Assembly: GCA_036676705.1 (NCBI GenBank)
Contig: JAKFCJ010000183.1
Span: 1-63,228 of the forward strand
Reading direction: 5' to 3'
Length of the DNA: 63,228 nucleotides
From: Bacteroidota bacterium
GTDB taxonomy: Bacteria > Bacteroidota > Bacteroidia > UBA8524
Part shown: positions 9,896-20,298 of the stretch, one piece after another
How positions within the stretch are numbered: position 1 is the stretch's first letter
Layout: each line of letters starts with the position of its first letter
The notes under the pieces: generated by a model
What the model was told of the DNA's origin: nothing
Seen by the model: the letters and a program-made list of their open reading frames with translations, nothing else
The model's database searches: none
Made by a program: the position numbers and the translations under genes

Positions 9896-12194
9896 ACGCC
9901 CATTTCCAGCGTAGTCCGATAAAGTACCTTCTGCCCTGGAAGGAAGTGTATACATAAGAGGGATCGAAAATTAATCCATTCGGATTGTTTGCCGTTGGAA
10001 CCGGAATTCCCTGGGCATCGTATTCTACCTGTTTGTTAAAGGGATCATTGGCCCGGGCTATGGAGTTGGCAGCAGGGGTGAAGTTCAGGAGGTTCTTGAC
10101 CCCGGCGTACAGGCTGAATCCAAAGGGAATTTCTTTGGTAAGCTGCAGGTTTTGGATGGAGTACCAGGGCGACAAGGGTGCTCTTGGATCCGAAGCCGAC
10201 TGAAGCGGCAGGTGCATGGGCGAATAGAGGTTGCCGGTATAATCGACACTCAGTGCACCAAAAGGAATTTGGTAGCTAATCGACCAGGTGGCCGAAAAAC
10301 GTTCGGTTAGAAGTTGGGTAGCTTTGATCTCTCCTCCATTCGGGCCCGGATAGACGGTATAGTTATGCATCCAGGTAAACCCCACCTGGGAACGGAGTTT
10401 GGAACCGGGCATCCATTCTATATTTCCCTGGATACCTTGCGAAACGGCGTGGCCGGGCAGGTTGTCATAACGGATCTCACTCGGGTTGCTCAGGAAATCG
10501 GGTATGATCTTATTATGAAAATAGGTGTAAAACAAGGCAGCCTCCGTTTGGATAAATCCTTTTTTAAGGCTGAAAAAACGGCGCCATTGGAGATTCATGT
10601 TCCAGCTTCTTTCCGGTTTTAATTCGCTCGCAAATACGACCTTCCTCGCTCCGGTAAGGGCAGCATGGTCTTCGGTGAACACGTTGGCTACCCGGTAACC
10701 GTTCCCCGCCCCGAGGCGAAAGGTGCCGATCTTTTTAATATCCCATTTGTAATTTACCCGCGGCGAAAGGATAGAACCATGGATGCTGTTGTAATCGTAC
10801 CTTAATCCCGTTAATAGTTCTTTCGTGGCATCTATAAACCAGGAATGCTGAACAAAAATACCCGGTAAAAAGATGCGGGAAGGCATTGATCTGGCCGGTC
10901 CCGAGGTGATGGATTCAGTTGCCGGGGTATTGTCGTCGTACCAGGTATAGCGGGCGGCGATGCCTGAAAGAAGGCGGTGTTTTGTATTGATCGGCTTATG
11001 CCAGAGCACCTGTTGGAAGACAATGCGCTGATCTCCGATATACGAAGTTGTTCCATACCAGGAATCCTGATAATGCCAGCTGGCTGATACCTGGTAGATC
11101 AGGGTGTCATTGCCAATGCGAAAAGGTAAAGCCCCGAGTAATTCACTTCTTTTGGTCGTGATCGTCTCACCATAAACCGAATCACTTCCCGCCCATTCAG
11201 GCGTCCAGTTAAGCTGTCCGCCCCAGCGTGCCTCATAAACGCCCCGAACTGCGAATTGGGCTTGTCCGGCTTTGGTTTTCCAGCTGCTTTTATGGAAGAG
11301 GGAGCCACGTGTGGAAAGTGCCAGGTCGGTAAACCCGTCACCATTTCGGTCAATGGGCGTGTCGTAGCGAAAAAGGTTTACTCCTAAAAGATGTTTGACC
11401 TTTTTATTCCCATAACTGGTTCCCAGGTCGAGGTTATGTTCTTCCCAACCGGTAACAAAATAATCCGCTGCAAAACGGGGTGCATTGGTGGGGTCCTTGG
11501 TCACCACATTGATCAATCCTCCCACCGCTTCTGAACCATACAATGTGGATGCAGGTCCTTTGATAATTTCGATCCGGTCTACCAGGGCATTGGGAATGCC
11601 ACTTAGTCCATATACGGTGCCCAGTCCGCTAACGATGGGCATCCCATCAATGGTGACCATGGTATAAGGTCCTTCGAGCCCATTCAGGTGGATATCGCCG
11701 GTATTGCAAATGCTGCAGTTGATCTGCGGGCGCACGCCATTCACCGACTGCAAAGCCTCGAACAGGTTAGGCGTAGGGTTTTTCAGGAAGAAGGTTGGGC
11801 GGTAAACTTCAATGGCCACAGGACTCTTATCGCGGCTCACCGGACTCAATGTTCCGGATATCACAATATCATCCCCCACAATGGCGGCTTCTTCCAGGGA
11901 AATATCCAATTTTTTATTTTGTCCGGCCGAAAGACTTACCTGAATGGTTTTGTCCTGATACCCCACCATGGAAAAACGGATTTCATGCTTACCTGGGGGG
12001 ATATCGGAGAGCGAATAATTTCCCGAATCATTAGCAGCCGTACCTATTCCCAATTTCGTAATGCCGATGGTGGCGTAGGCTAATCCGCCATCTTTGTCGC
12101 TTATTTTCCCGTATATACCGGCGTTTTGCCCGAAGCTTCCTGTCAAACAAAACAGGACAGAAACCAGCAAACCCAATACCCTCATTTTTATCAT
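9894..12194 (-). CDS. TonB-dependent receptor with N-terminal CarboxypepD_reg-like domain (probable metal uptake)
   Basis: Plug motif RIEIIKGPASTLYGSEAVGGLINVVTK, INCSICN, FTEDHAALTG, LKPERS, C-terminal GRRYFIGLRW. Confidence 0.92.
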   Translation of the reverse strand: MIKMRVLGLLVSVLFCLTGSFGQNAGIYGKISDKDGGLAYATIGITKLGIGTAANDSGNYSLSDIPPGKHEIRFSMVGYQDKTIQVSLSAGQNKKLDISLEEAAIVGDDIVISGTLSPVSRDKSPVAIEVYRPTFFLKNPTPNLFEALQSVNGVRPQINCSICNTGDIHLNGLEGPYTMVTIDGMPIVSGLGTVYGLSGIPNALVDRIEIIKGPASTLYGSEAVGGLINVVTKDPTNAPRFAADYFVTGWEEHNLDLGTSYGNKKVKHLLGVNLFRYDTPIDRNGDGFTDLALSTRGSLFHKSSWKTKAGQAQFAVRGVYEARWGGQLNWTPEWAGSDSVYGETITTKRSELLGALPFRIGNDTLIYQVSASWHYQDSWYGTTSYIGDQRIVFQQVLWHKPINTKHRLLSGIAARYTWYDDNTPATESITSGPARSMPSRIFLPGIFVQHSWFIDATKELLTGLRYDYNSIHGSILSPRVNYKWDIKKIGTFRLGAGNGYRVANVFTEDHAALTGARKVVFASELKPERSWNMNLQWRRFFSLKKGFIQTEAALFYTYFHNKIIPDFLSNPSEIRYDNLPGHAVSQGIQGNIEWMPGSKLRSQVGFTWMHNYTVYPGPNGGEIKATQLLTERFSATWSISYQIPFGALSVDYTGNLYSPMHLPLQSASDPRAPLSPWYSIQNLQLTKEIPFGFSLYAGVKNLLNFTPAANSIARANDPFNKQVEYDAQGIPVPTANNPNGLIFDPSYVYTSFQGRRYFIGLRWKWA

Positions 12195-12236
12195 GAGGCA
12201 AATCTAAAACTTAAATTAGAATAAACGAAAAAGAAA

Positions 12237-12252
12237 TTTAGATAAGTCTAAA
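12237..12252. promoter_or_regulatory. DtxR/MntR-type operator palindrome upstream of the TonB receptor
   Basis: TTTAGA-TAAG-TCTAAA, about 45 bp upstream of the receptor start codon. Confidence 0.6.
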
Positions 12253-13201
12253 AATCTGACGAATTGAAGGGTCTCTTTAATTTTTCCTGTAGGGCAAATC
12301 CCCATAATTCCTGAAGGAACAGCCAGTCTTCGGTGCTTAAAAAGGATTTAATGTCTTCTCTTTTGATCCAGCACATCGGTTGGGGTGGGAATTCGATCCC
12401 TGAAAAGACCGGGCTGTAGTTAATGCTATAATATTGACCTTCGATATGCCATCCATCGCTGGTTTCCACAAAGGATCCCCGGATGCCACCACCCGTTACT
12501 GAGGCGGCCGTGAGTTCGGAATGGTACACCTGCACGGTTCCTTCTCCATATTCACTTTCAACAATAACGGTATCGCTAACGATGTAGGCTGTATTAAAAT
12601 AACTTAGCGGCATGGCCAGGTTCACGCTGTCGACACGGTAAATGGGAATTTTTCCCGCCTGGACACCGTCAAAGATCCTTTTTTGCAGGGCATCATAAAC
12701 CTGATGGCCATGATTTCCGATAGTTTCAGAATTGATCAGGTCCAGATGCGCCTCACTTTGTAATTTTTCGAGCAGTTCGGTGTAGGGTTTGTTGAGTTTA
12801 CTTTTTTCCTTGTTCGGAATGTAGAGCGATTTTACGTCGTTGACCTTGATGTATAGATAATTCAGGTCAAAATGAACGCCCTGCCAATTTTGACCACGAA
12901 GTGTATCGCGCACTTCCAATAAGACAAAATCTCCTGTATTGGGGTCTATATCTTCTACCTCATAGGTTTCCGCAAGAAAGCGGCCACGATCTGTTATGGA
13001 CAATAGGCTGCTAAGACTCGGGTCGCTATATACCTGCAATTCTCCGGAGAACACTTTGGAAGAAAGGTCGGTGACATAATCGTAGTACACAGACTTATAC
13101 GCCTGTGCCGCCATAAAATCGGGGGCTCCGCAGTACAATTGGGCCGCAAGTTGGCCGGGTAAAAGCAAGCACAGGACGGAAAATAAAAGAAGCTGTTTCA
13201 T
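12248..13201 (-). CDS. Exported protein with two GldN/PorN-like segments
   Basis: Signal peptide from MKQLLLF (13201); KVFSGELQVY...EDIDPNTGD and IFDGVQAGKIPIY...SELTAASV...PQPMCWIKREDIKSFL resemble GldN. Confidence 0.55.
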   Translation of the reverse strand: MKQLLLFSVLCLLLPGQLAAQLYCGAPDFMAAQAYKSVYYDYVTDLSSKVFSGELQVYSDPSLSSLLSITDRGRFLAETYEVEDIDPNTGDFVLLEVRDTLRGQNWQGVHFDLNYLYIKVNDVKSLYIPNKEKSKLNKPYTELLEKLQSEAHLDLINSETIGNHGHQVYDALQKRIFDGVQAGKIPIYRVDSVNLAMPLSYFNTAYIVSDTVIVESEYGEGTVQVYHSELTAASVTGGGIRGSFVETSDGWHIEGQYYSINYSPVFSGIEFPPQPMCWIKREDIKSFLSTEDWLFLQELWGFALQEKLKRPFNSSDF

Positions 13202-13271
13202 AAGCCTAAATACCTTAAGGGAAAGATAGGTAAACTTACAAAACAGCTCCAAAATTTAAACTGGGAAGAAA

Positions 13272-14216
13272 TCAATCCTCCATATACTCAAAATAGCCAA
13301 AGACCTTTTTGCGGATACTGTATGACTGTATAGCTAAAAGGCTGTTCCATTCTTGGTCGGTATAAACTTCTTCAACCTCTGATTCTGAAGCCCAGTACCA
13401 GGGTTTGTATGGATTAAGCCTGCCTCCTAAATTATAGGTTGGCGCTATAGAGACCACTTCCAGTTCAACTTCCTCTTCATTGGTCTCGTATTCGTAGGAG
13501 AGGACAATTCCGTTGATGGAATCGGCGTTGGCGGGAAAGGTGCTGACCACCATTTCCATTATTTCTCCCTGATGATAGGTTTGCCTTTTTTTCAGGTCAG
13601 CACTTTTCAGTTTGGTGTTCAGACCCGACTCACGATAAGGGGTAATTCCCGGATTCTCGTACAATTTTGCGCTCAACAAATGTAACAGCTCGCCGCTATG
13701 CGCAAGGATAGTAGTTGGGTTCACATCCCCAAAGTTTTTACTGAAATACTTGAGCAGGGTATAGCCGCGTCCTATTTCCTGTTTTTCGAGTTCTTTGAGG
13801 GAAAGGTAATAAACCACCGCGCCGCTGGTACTGTTGGTTTTGATCTCAAGCACCTGTTCATGCCATTTTAAGGAAGAGGCACTACGAATAGCCATGTTTT
13901 TCTCAAAAATGGTATCTACAAGGTTATAGGGGTCTTCGGGTGTTTCGGGATTAATAACCTGCCAGTTGTAGGTGAGTTTTGTCTCCGTCTTATATTGGGT
14001 CGGATCGATCGGCTGCTTCATCGCCTCGTCGCGATAAACCGGCACCTTGTTTTCCAACGTGAGGCGATCGAGTTCTTTGGTTACCCGCGTATAATAATAG
14101 GCGGTGGCATTGGCTGTTTCTTCGCTTCGGGTGTATACCTGTAGCGTACTGTTTTCCTGGGCCAGGGCACTAAAAACGGTAAAAAGTACCAGGCCACTGA
14201 GTACATACTTTTTCAT
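13272..14216 (-). CDS. Exported protein, distant paralogue of its neighbour, GldN/PorN-like
   Basis: Signal peptide; ENKVPVYRDE...DPYNLVDTI and GITPYRES...LEVVSIAPTY...YKPWYW...TDQEW. Confidence 0.5.
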   Translation of the reverse strand: MKKYVLSGLVLFTVFSALAQENSTLQVYTRSEETANATAYYYTRVTKELDRLTLENKVPVYRDEAMKQPIDPTQYKTETKLTYNWQVINPETPEDPYNLVDTIFEKNMAIRSASSLKWHEQVLEIKTNSTSGAVVYYLSLKELEKQEIGRGYTLLKYFSKNFGDVNPTTILAHSGELLHLLSAKLYENPGITPYRESGLNTKLKSADLKKRQTYHQGEIMEMVVSTFPANADSINGIVLSYEYETNEEEVELEVVSIAPTYNLGGRLNPYKPWYWASESEVEEVYTDQEWNSLLAIQSYSIRKKVFGYFEYMED

Positions 14217-14319
14217 AGGAGTAGAGTTGGTGTACCAAGTTAATGCTTTTGCAGGCTAATTTATTGTACAAGCGTGAAATTGACGCGCTTACGTTTGGGA
14301 AAAGGCCCTGTTTACGGGC

Positions 14320-14352
14320 AAAAAAAAAATCCCGACCTAAGCCGGGATTTTT
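14320..14352 (-). terminator. Intrinsic terminator after rho
   Basis: AAAAATCCCG...CGGGATTTTT stem with a long A-run (U-run on the - strand). Confidence 0.8.
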
Positions 14353-14372
14353 AGAAAGTTTATGAAATGGAA

Positions 14373-16157
14373 TTACCCGTTCATCGCCACAATAAATTCT
14401 TCCTGGCTACGGGTTCCCTGCATGTATTTTAACAAAGTATTCATCGCCTCTTCGGGGTTCATGTCGGAAAGGTGGTTTCTTAACACCCATACCTTTTGAA
14501 GGATGGCTTTATCCATCAACAGATCCTCTCTCCTTGTACTTGAAGCAAGCACGTCGATGGCAGGGTAGATCCGTTTGTTGGACAATTTCCTGTCGAGCTG
14601 AAGTTCCATATTACCGGTACCTTTAAACTCTTCGAAGATCACCTCATCCATTTTAGAACCGGTATCGATCAGGGCTGTTGCAATAATTGTCAATGAACCG
14701 CCATTTTCAATTTTACGGGCTGCACCAAAGAAACGTTTCGGTTTGTGAAGCGCATTCGCATCCACACCACCGGAAAGGATCTTTCCTGAAGCAGGTTGAA
14801 CAGTATTGTAGGCACGGGCCAAACGCGTGATCGAGTCGAGCAGGATCACCACATCATGTCCGCATTCAACCAAACGTTTGGCTTTTTCCAGGACAATATT
14901 GGCAAGTTTTACGTGTTTGTCGGCCGGCTCATCGAAAGTAGAGGCAATAACTTCTGCCTTCACGTGGCGGGCCATATCCGTAACCTCTTCCGGACGCTCG
15001 TCGATCAATAATATGATCAGATACGCCTCCGGATGGTTGGCTGCAATGGCATTGGCCACATCTTTTAACAAGGTAGTCTTTCCGGTTTTTGGCTGGGCTA
15101 CGATCAATCCGCGTTGTCCTTTTCCGATCGGGGAGATCAGGTCAATAACACGGGTAGAATAATTGGTAGCTCCGTCAAACAGGTTGAATTTTTCATCCGG
15201 GAAAAGCGGGGTAAGGTGTTCAAAAGAAACACGGTCTCTCACCTCTGCAGGATCTTTTCCGTTGATGCTCTCCACCTTGATCAGGGCAAAATATTTTTCT
15301 CCTTCTTTCGGAGGACGAATGGTTCCTTTAACGGTATCACCCGTTTTTAAACCGAATACCTTTATTTGTTGGGGTGCAACGTACACGTCATCCGGAGAAG
15401 GCATGTAGCTGTAGTCGCTTGAACGCAGGAAGCCGTAGCCGTCCTGGATAATTTCAAGCACACCGATATTGCTTACGATCCCTTCGAGTTCGGCATAGGC
15501 CAGGGCAGCTTCTATACTGCGCTGATCGCGTTCCTCGCGGGGTTTGTTATCGCGACGTTCTTCCCTTGGTTCACGGTCGGGACGAGGTTCACGCTCAGGA
15601 CGCGGTTCGTTACGGCGGTCTTCACGGGGCTCATTTCTGCGCTCTTCCCGGGGGTCACCCTCCAAACGTGGTTCGCGGTTTTCAACCCGTGGCTCACGCG
15701 GTTCATTGCGGTCGCGGCGATCATTACGATCACGACGGTCGCGTTTGTCGCGGCGTTCTTCGTTTCTCGGGTTTTCGCGAACAACTTCCGTTCCTTCAAC
15801 CTTAACTTCTGCTAAAGGAAGTGGAGCAATGGTTTCCGTGATTTCTTTTTCACCTTCAGGTTTGCGGCGTCCGCGACCTTTTTTGTCGGGAGTCGCTTTT
15901 TCATCCTGGGCGGGTACAATGGTTTCTTTCGCTTCAGCAACGTGACGCGGTTTTTTATCCGGTTTGGCATCGGGCCGCGGGCGGCGTTCTTTGCGCATTT
16001 CAGGATCAGGAGCCTTGGTCGTAACGGCCTGGTGTTCTAAAATTTTGTAAATAAGGTCTTGTTTTTTGAGGTCCTTGTAATCGTCAAGGTTGATTTTCTC
16101 GGCCAAATCACGAAGTTCGGACACGAGCATGTCATTCAAAGTAAGAATGTCGTACAT
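14373..16157 (-). CDS. rho: Transcription termination factor Rho with a long charged N-terminal insertion
   Basis: [63 protein letters not shown]. Confidence 0.98.
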   Translation of the reverse strand: MYDILTLNDMLVSELRDLAEKINLDDYKDLKKQDLIYKILEHQAVTTKAPDPEMRKERRPRPDAKPDKKPRHVAEAKETIVPAQDEKATPDKKGRGRRKPEGEKEITETIAPLPLAEVKVEGTEVVRENPRNEERRDKRDRRDRNDRRDRNEPREPRVENREPRLEGDPREERRNEPREDRRNEPRPEREPRPDREPREERRDNKPREERDQRSIEAALAYAELEGIVSNIGVLEIIQDGYGFLRSSDYSYMPSPDDVYVAPQQIKVFGLKTGDTVKGTIRPPKEGEKYFALIKVESINGKDPAEVRDRVSFEHLTPLFPDEKFNLFDGATNYSTRVIDLISPIGKGQRGLIVAQPKTGKTTLLKDVANAIAANHPEAYLIILLIDERPEEVTDMARHVKAEVIASTFDEPADKHVKLANIVLEKAKRLVECGHDVVILLDSITRLARAYNTVQPASGKILSGGVDANALHKPKRFFGAARKIENGGSLTIIATALIDTGSKMDEVIFEEFKGTGNMELQLDRKLSNKRIYPAIDVLASSTRREDLLMDKAILQKVWVLRNHLSDMNPEEAMNTLLKYMQGTRSQEEFIVAMNG

Positions 16158-16319
16158 TTAATGTGTGTTAATGCTTTATTGGGAAATTATGAGATTTTAA
16201 CTGGCTATACCGGTAAGGAAATCAATCCAAGCCAGCCGGAGAGACTGACTGTGGGAATTGGAAAACCGTTGCAAGTTTACTGCTTAATTTCGGATAATTC
16301 AAACAAACAGGTATTTTCA

Positions 16320-16333
16320 TTGATGGATATTAA
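16320..16333. promoter_or_regulatory. FNR-like box upstream of the Crp/Fnr gene
   Basis: TTGAT-GGAT-ATTAA, one mismatch from TTGAT-N4-ATCAA. Confidence 0.55.
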
Positions 16334-16374
16334 ATACGATATTCGTAATCTTAGAAATCCGATTATCCGTTACC

Positions 16375-17088
16375 ATGCAAAAAGTACACCTGGATTGCGC
16401 CAGCTGCGACGCCCGTAGCATATCTTTTCTGAAGCACTGTACGCCGGAACAGGTGGAAAAGATCAATAAAGTAAAAAGTTGTGTCCATTATAAAAAAGGA
16501 CAGGTCATTTTTTACGAAGATAATCTGGCCCAGGGCATCTATTGTCTGAGCGGAGGGGTGGTAAAACTGGTAAAAAGCAGTGAAGACGGAAGGGAACAGA
16601 TCATCCGTTTTTCGCAGCGGGGTGAGTTTCTGGGTTATCGGGCCCTGATCTCGGAGGAACCCTTTGTAGCATCGGCAGAATGTGTGGAAGATTCTGTGGC
16701 CTGTTTTATTCCCCGCGATACCTTTTTGGAAGTATTGGCCCAGAACCCCCGGATCAACCTGGAAATGATGAAGTCACTCTGCCATGAATTGGGAATAGCA
16801 GATGAAAAAATTGCCAGCCTGGCCCACAAAAGTGTACGTGAACGCCTGGCTGAAACATTGATCGTTCTCCATGACACCTTTAAAGACTCGGGAAATCACA
16901 ATGAAGATGACGAGATGATCCACATCGCTTTGCCCCGGGAGGATATCGCCAATATCGTGGGTACCGCCACGGAAACCCTGATCCGCCTTCTTTCTGAATT
17001 CAACAAGGAAGGCCTGATCGAATTACAGGGCAAACGGATCAAATTGCTCAACATACCGAAACTGGAGAAAATTGCCAGCATGGCTTGA
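16375..17088 (+). CDS. Crp/Fnr family regulator (FNR-like, N-terminal Cys cluster)
   Basis: CASC...C...C N-terminus, cNMP-binding fold, HTH REDIANIVGTATETLIRLLSEF. Confidence 0.93.
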   Translation: MQKVHLDCASCDARSISFLKHCTPEQVEKINKVKSCVHYKKGQVIFYEDNLAQGIYCLSGGVVKLVKSSEDGREQIIRFSQRGEFLGYRALISEEPFVASAECVEDSVACFIPRDTFLEVLAQNPRINLEMMKSLCHELGIADEKIASLAHKSVRERLAETLIVLHDTFKDSGNHNEDDEMIHIALPREDIANIVGTATETLIRLLSEFNKEGLIELQGKRIKLLNIPKLEKIASMA

Positions 17089-17104
17089 TACAACAGGCTG
17101 TTCC

Positions 17105-17169
17105 TGATAAAAATCATATTTCCCGCTGACGGTCATCATACGATAGCAACACAGGCCTCGTTATTTTTG
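17105..17169 (+). promoter_or_regulatory. Two FNR-like boxes plus a TAnnTTTG promoter for usp-ccoI-ccoS
   Basis: TGAT-AAAA-ATCA (17105-17116), TGAC-GGTC-ATCA (17127-17138), TATTTTTG (17162-17169). Confidence 0.65.
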
Positions 17170-17185
17170 AGTTCAATTTCGAGCC

Positions 17186-17920
17186 GTGAACAGAAAAGTT
17201 TTACTATTGATCAAAGACCTGGAAGATGTGAGCGAGCAGATCAGATCGCTGCTGAACTTTTTTTCGGTGCGCGATAAGTTGGTTCTGGCTGTTTATCAAC
17301 CGGATTCAACAGATTCGGGCTGGCCATTTAAATTCTATGACCTGGGATGGAATACCCTCCAGGAACCGAATCTATCCAAAAAACTCCTTCTGAGTGGTGC
17401 CTTAAAAAGACGGTCAGAAGCCAAGTGGATGGAAAGCAGCTCATTTCTTGATCTTCTGGTCGTTCACCGCACCTTGTACGATGAATTTGTCCAGATGCCC
17501 CATGTTGCCAAGATATTGGAGGAAGTGCATTGTCCTATTTTTTTGATGGATGATAACCAGGAACGTTTTGATGAAATTTACCTGAGCTATAACGGAACCG
17601 GACCATCTTTCGATTCGATCAAACATTTTGCCTACCTCTTCCATCCTCATTTTGAAAACTCAGCCTTAAATCTTGTGGTTAAGGTGAACGACAAGGCCTT
17701 GAATTTAGAGAACTGCGTGTACGATTACCTGCGTCTCCATAAACGGCATTTTGCCATTTCCCGCTTTTTTGAGGAAGACTTTGATGAAGGCATAGAAAAA
17801 CTGCTGGATGAAAGCAGCAGCCCTTTGTTGATCTGCGGGGGCGACAGACATAAAAATCTGGATCAGTTTACCCACTATTCCGAACACCGGGAACGGCCCA
17901 GCTCCCTGTTTTTGTTATGA
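17186..17920 (+). CDS. Divergent universal-stress-protein-like protein
   Basis: DLLVV, ILEEVHCPIFL, IYLSYNGTGPSFDSIKHFAYLF resemble tandem Usp domains; FNR-box context. Confidence 0.6.
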   Translation: MNRKVLLLIKDLEDVSEQIRSLLNFFSVRDKLVLAVYQPDSTDSGWPFKFYDLGWNTLQEPNLSKKLLLSGALKRRSEAKWMESSSFLDLLVVHRTLYDEFVQMPHVAKILEEVHCPIFLMDDNQERFDEIYLSYNGTGPSFDSIKHFAYLFHPHFENSALNLVVKVNDKALNLENCVYDYLRLHKRHFAISRFFEEDFDEGIEKLLDESSSPLLICGGDRHKNLDQFTHYSEHRERPSSLFLL

Positions 17921-20298
17921 GTAAAACGCTTGAAACCCTTTCTTGTTTCCATTGCGGTGATACCTGCCAAAATGCCGTTATCCATCTGGAGGACCATGTT
18001 TTTTGCTGCGAGGGCTGCAAAACGGTTTTTCAGATCCTCCAGGAAAATTCCCTGTGCCGCTATTATGAAATGGATGCGAATGCGGGTTTAAAGATGGATA
18101 AACCCCTGGCTCCTGGTAAATATGCCTTTCTGGATAATCCGGAACTCAGCGAACCCCTTTATCAATTCAAAAAAGAACAAAGAGCCCGCGTTCAGTTTTT
18201 TATTCCTGAAATGCATTGCGCCAGTTGCATCTGGCTCCTCGAACGCCTGTATAAACTTCTTCCCGGAGTTTTGGAAAGCCGGGTAAATTTTGACCGTAAA
18301 GAAGTCGCCATCCAATTCAACCCCGAAGAAGTTACCCTCAGGCAGCTCGTTGAAAAACTGAGCGCCCTGGGCTATGAGCCGGCCCTGAATGCCAGGCGGG
18401 AGGAAAAAAAGAATTACCGCTCCCTGCTCAATCGCCTGGGCGTGGCCGGTTTCTGTGCCGGTAATATCATGCTGTTCAGCTTCCCGGAATACCTGGGCAT
18501 GGACCCCCAGTCGCACGATAATTTTGCCGAAGTATTCAAGTGGCTGAATGTTAGCTTGTCGCTGCCCGTGGTTTTTTATTCAGCCCAGCCGTTTTTTGTA
18601 CAGGCATGGAAAGGACTTCGTTATAAGAACCTGAATATCGACTTTCCTCTCGCCCTGGGTATCGCCACCTTATTTGTACGCAGTATCCTGGAAGTTGTTT
18701 TTCACTGGGGACCAGGCTTTTTTGATTCCCTGTCTGCCCTGGTATTTTTCCTTCTTATTGGCCGCTGGCTGCAGGATAGGGCCTATGATTCACTTTCTTT
18801 TGACCGTGATTTTCGTTCCTATTTTCCCCTGGCGGTGGAGCTGATCTCCGAGGATCCCGATGGCACTGAGGCGAACTATATTTCCTTATCCCGGCTAAAG
18901 GTAGGCCAGGTGATCCGGGTACGAAACCAGGAGCTCATCCCTGCCGACTGCCTCCTGATCTCGGGCGACGCCTATATCGACTACAGTTTTGTAAATGGGG
19001 AAAGTGAAATTGAAAAGATCGATACGGGGAGGATGATCCATGCCGGAGGCCGGCAACTTGGCGGGGCTGTATTGCTTCAGGTGGCCCGACCTGTTTCCGA
19101 AAGTTACCTCAGTGCACTCTGGAATCAACAGGAGAAAAAGGAAGGGGAGGAAACGATCAAAACATTTTCGGATCATGTGGGCAGGTATTTTACCCTGGCT
19201 TTGGTCCTGATCGCAGTGGCGACCCTGGTTTACTGGTTGCCGGTCGATCCCTATAAGGCATTTTCGGCTTTCACGGCCGTACTCATCGTAGCCTGCCCCT
19301 GTGTACTTGTGGTGGCGGCTCCTTTTGCTTTTGGCAATGCCATGCGTTGGCTGGCAAAAAAAGGCATTTACCTGAAAAATCCGGATACCGTAGAAAAAGC
19401 GGCCAGGGTAAATGAAGTAGTATTCGACAAAACAGGAACCCTCACCGAAGGCTCTGCCCGGATACGTGAACTGTTCAATGAATTGAATAGTGAAGAACGT
19501 TCCCTGGCAGCCGGATTATTTTCCCAGTCGTCGCACCCGGTTTCCAGGATGATGCTCCGGTACCTGGGAACAGCAAAGAAGGTAGATGGAGTAACCTTTA
19601 CAGAAATCCCCGGAAAAGGCATAGAGGCGCTTGTCGGTGCCGACAAGTGGAAACTCGGTTCTGAAAAATGGATATTGGGTACCGCTGAATCGGTTGGTGA
19701 ATCGGCGGTTTGTATTGCAAAAAACGGAAAGTTCCTGGCTCATTTTGCCATTAACTGGCAGTTCCGCGATGACCTGGATACGCTTTTTTCGAACTGGGAT
19801 CTTCCGCGTTCCTTGTACAGCGGGGATCGTCCGACAAGTGAAAACATCCTTCAAAAATGGTTTTCCGATAACCAGCTCCATTTTGAATGCAGTCCGGAAG
19901 ATAAGCTCAACGCTTTACGTGAGAAGCGGCTCGAAGGAGCATTTCCCATGATGGTAGGCGACGGACTGAATGACGCAGGTGCCTTAAAAGAGGCCTGGCT
20001 TGGGGTAGCGATCACCGAAGACGTGCATTCCTTTACACCGGCCTGCGATGTGATATTGGTAGGCAAATCCATCCATACCCTGCCTAAGTTTCTACGCTTT
20101 TGCCGGAACACCTTAAAAACCGTCAAGTTCAGTTTTATCTTTTCGCTGGTCTATAACCTGACCTGGATGACGTTTGCCGTTCGCGGAGAATTACAGCCTT
20201 TGGTTGCAGCTTTGTTGATGCCGATCAGTTCCATCACGGTATTCAGCATCAATACCCTGGGAATTCGTTATTTTGCTAAAAAGGAAGGGATCCAATGA
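17917..20298 (+). CDS. ccoI: CcoI/FixI-type Cu-translocating P1B ATPase
   Basis: CFHCG...FCCEGC metal domain, MHCASC, ACPC, DKTGT, GDGLND; directly followed by ccoS. Confidence 0.9.
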   Translation: MSKTLETLSCFHCGDTCQNAVIHLEDHVFCCEGCKTVFQILQENSLCRYYEMDANAGLKMDKPLAPGKYAFLDNPELSEPLYQFKKEQRARVQFFIPEMHCASCIWLLERLYKLLPGVLESRVNFDRKEVAIQFNPEEVTLRQLVEKLSALGYEPALNARREEKKNYRSLLNRLGVAGFCAGNIMLFSFPEYLGMDPQSHDNFAEVFKWLNVSLSLPVVFYSAQPFFVQAWKGLRYKNLNIDFPLALGIATLFVRSILEVVFHWGPGFFDSLSALVFFLLIGRWLQDRAYDSLSFDRDFRSYFPLAVELISEDPDGTEANYISLSRLKVGQVIRVRNQELIPADCLLISGDAYIDYSFVNGESEIEKIDTGRMIHAGGRQLGGAVLLQVARPVSESYLSALWNQQEKKEGEETIKTFSDHVGRYFTLALVLIAVATLVYWLPVDPYKAFSAFTAVLIVACPCVLVVAAPFAFGNAMRWLAKKGIYLKNPDTVEKAARVNEVVFDKTGTLTEGSARIRELFNELNSEERSLAAGLFSQSSHPVSRMMLRYLGTAKKVDGVTFTEIPGKGIEALVGADKWKLGSEKWILGTAESVGESAVCIAKNGKFLAHFAINWQFRDDLDTLFSNWDLPRSLYSGDRPTSENILQKWFSDNQLHFECSPEDKLNALREKRLEGAFPMMVGDGLNDAGALKEAWLGVAITEDVHSFTPACDVILVGKSIHTLPKFLRFCRNTLKTVKFSFIFSLVYNLTWMTFAVRGELQPLVAALLMPISSITVFSINTLGIRYFAKKEGIQ

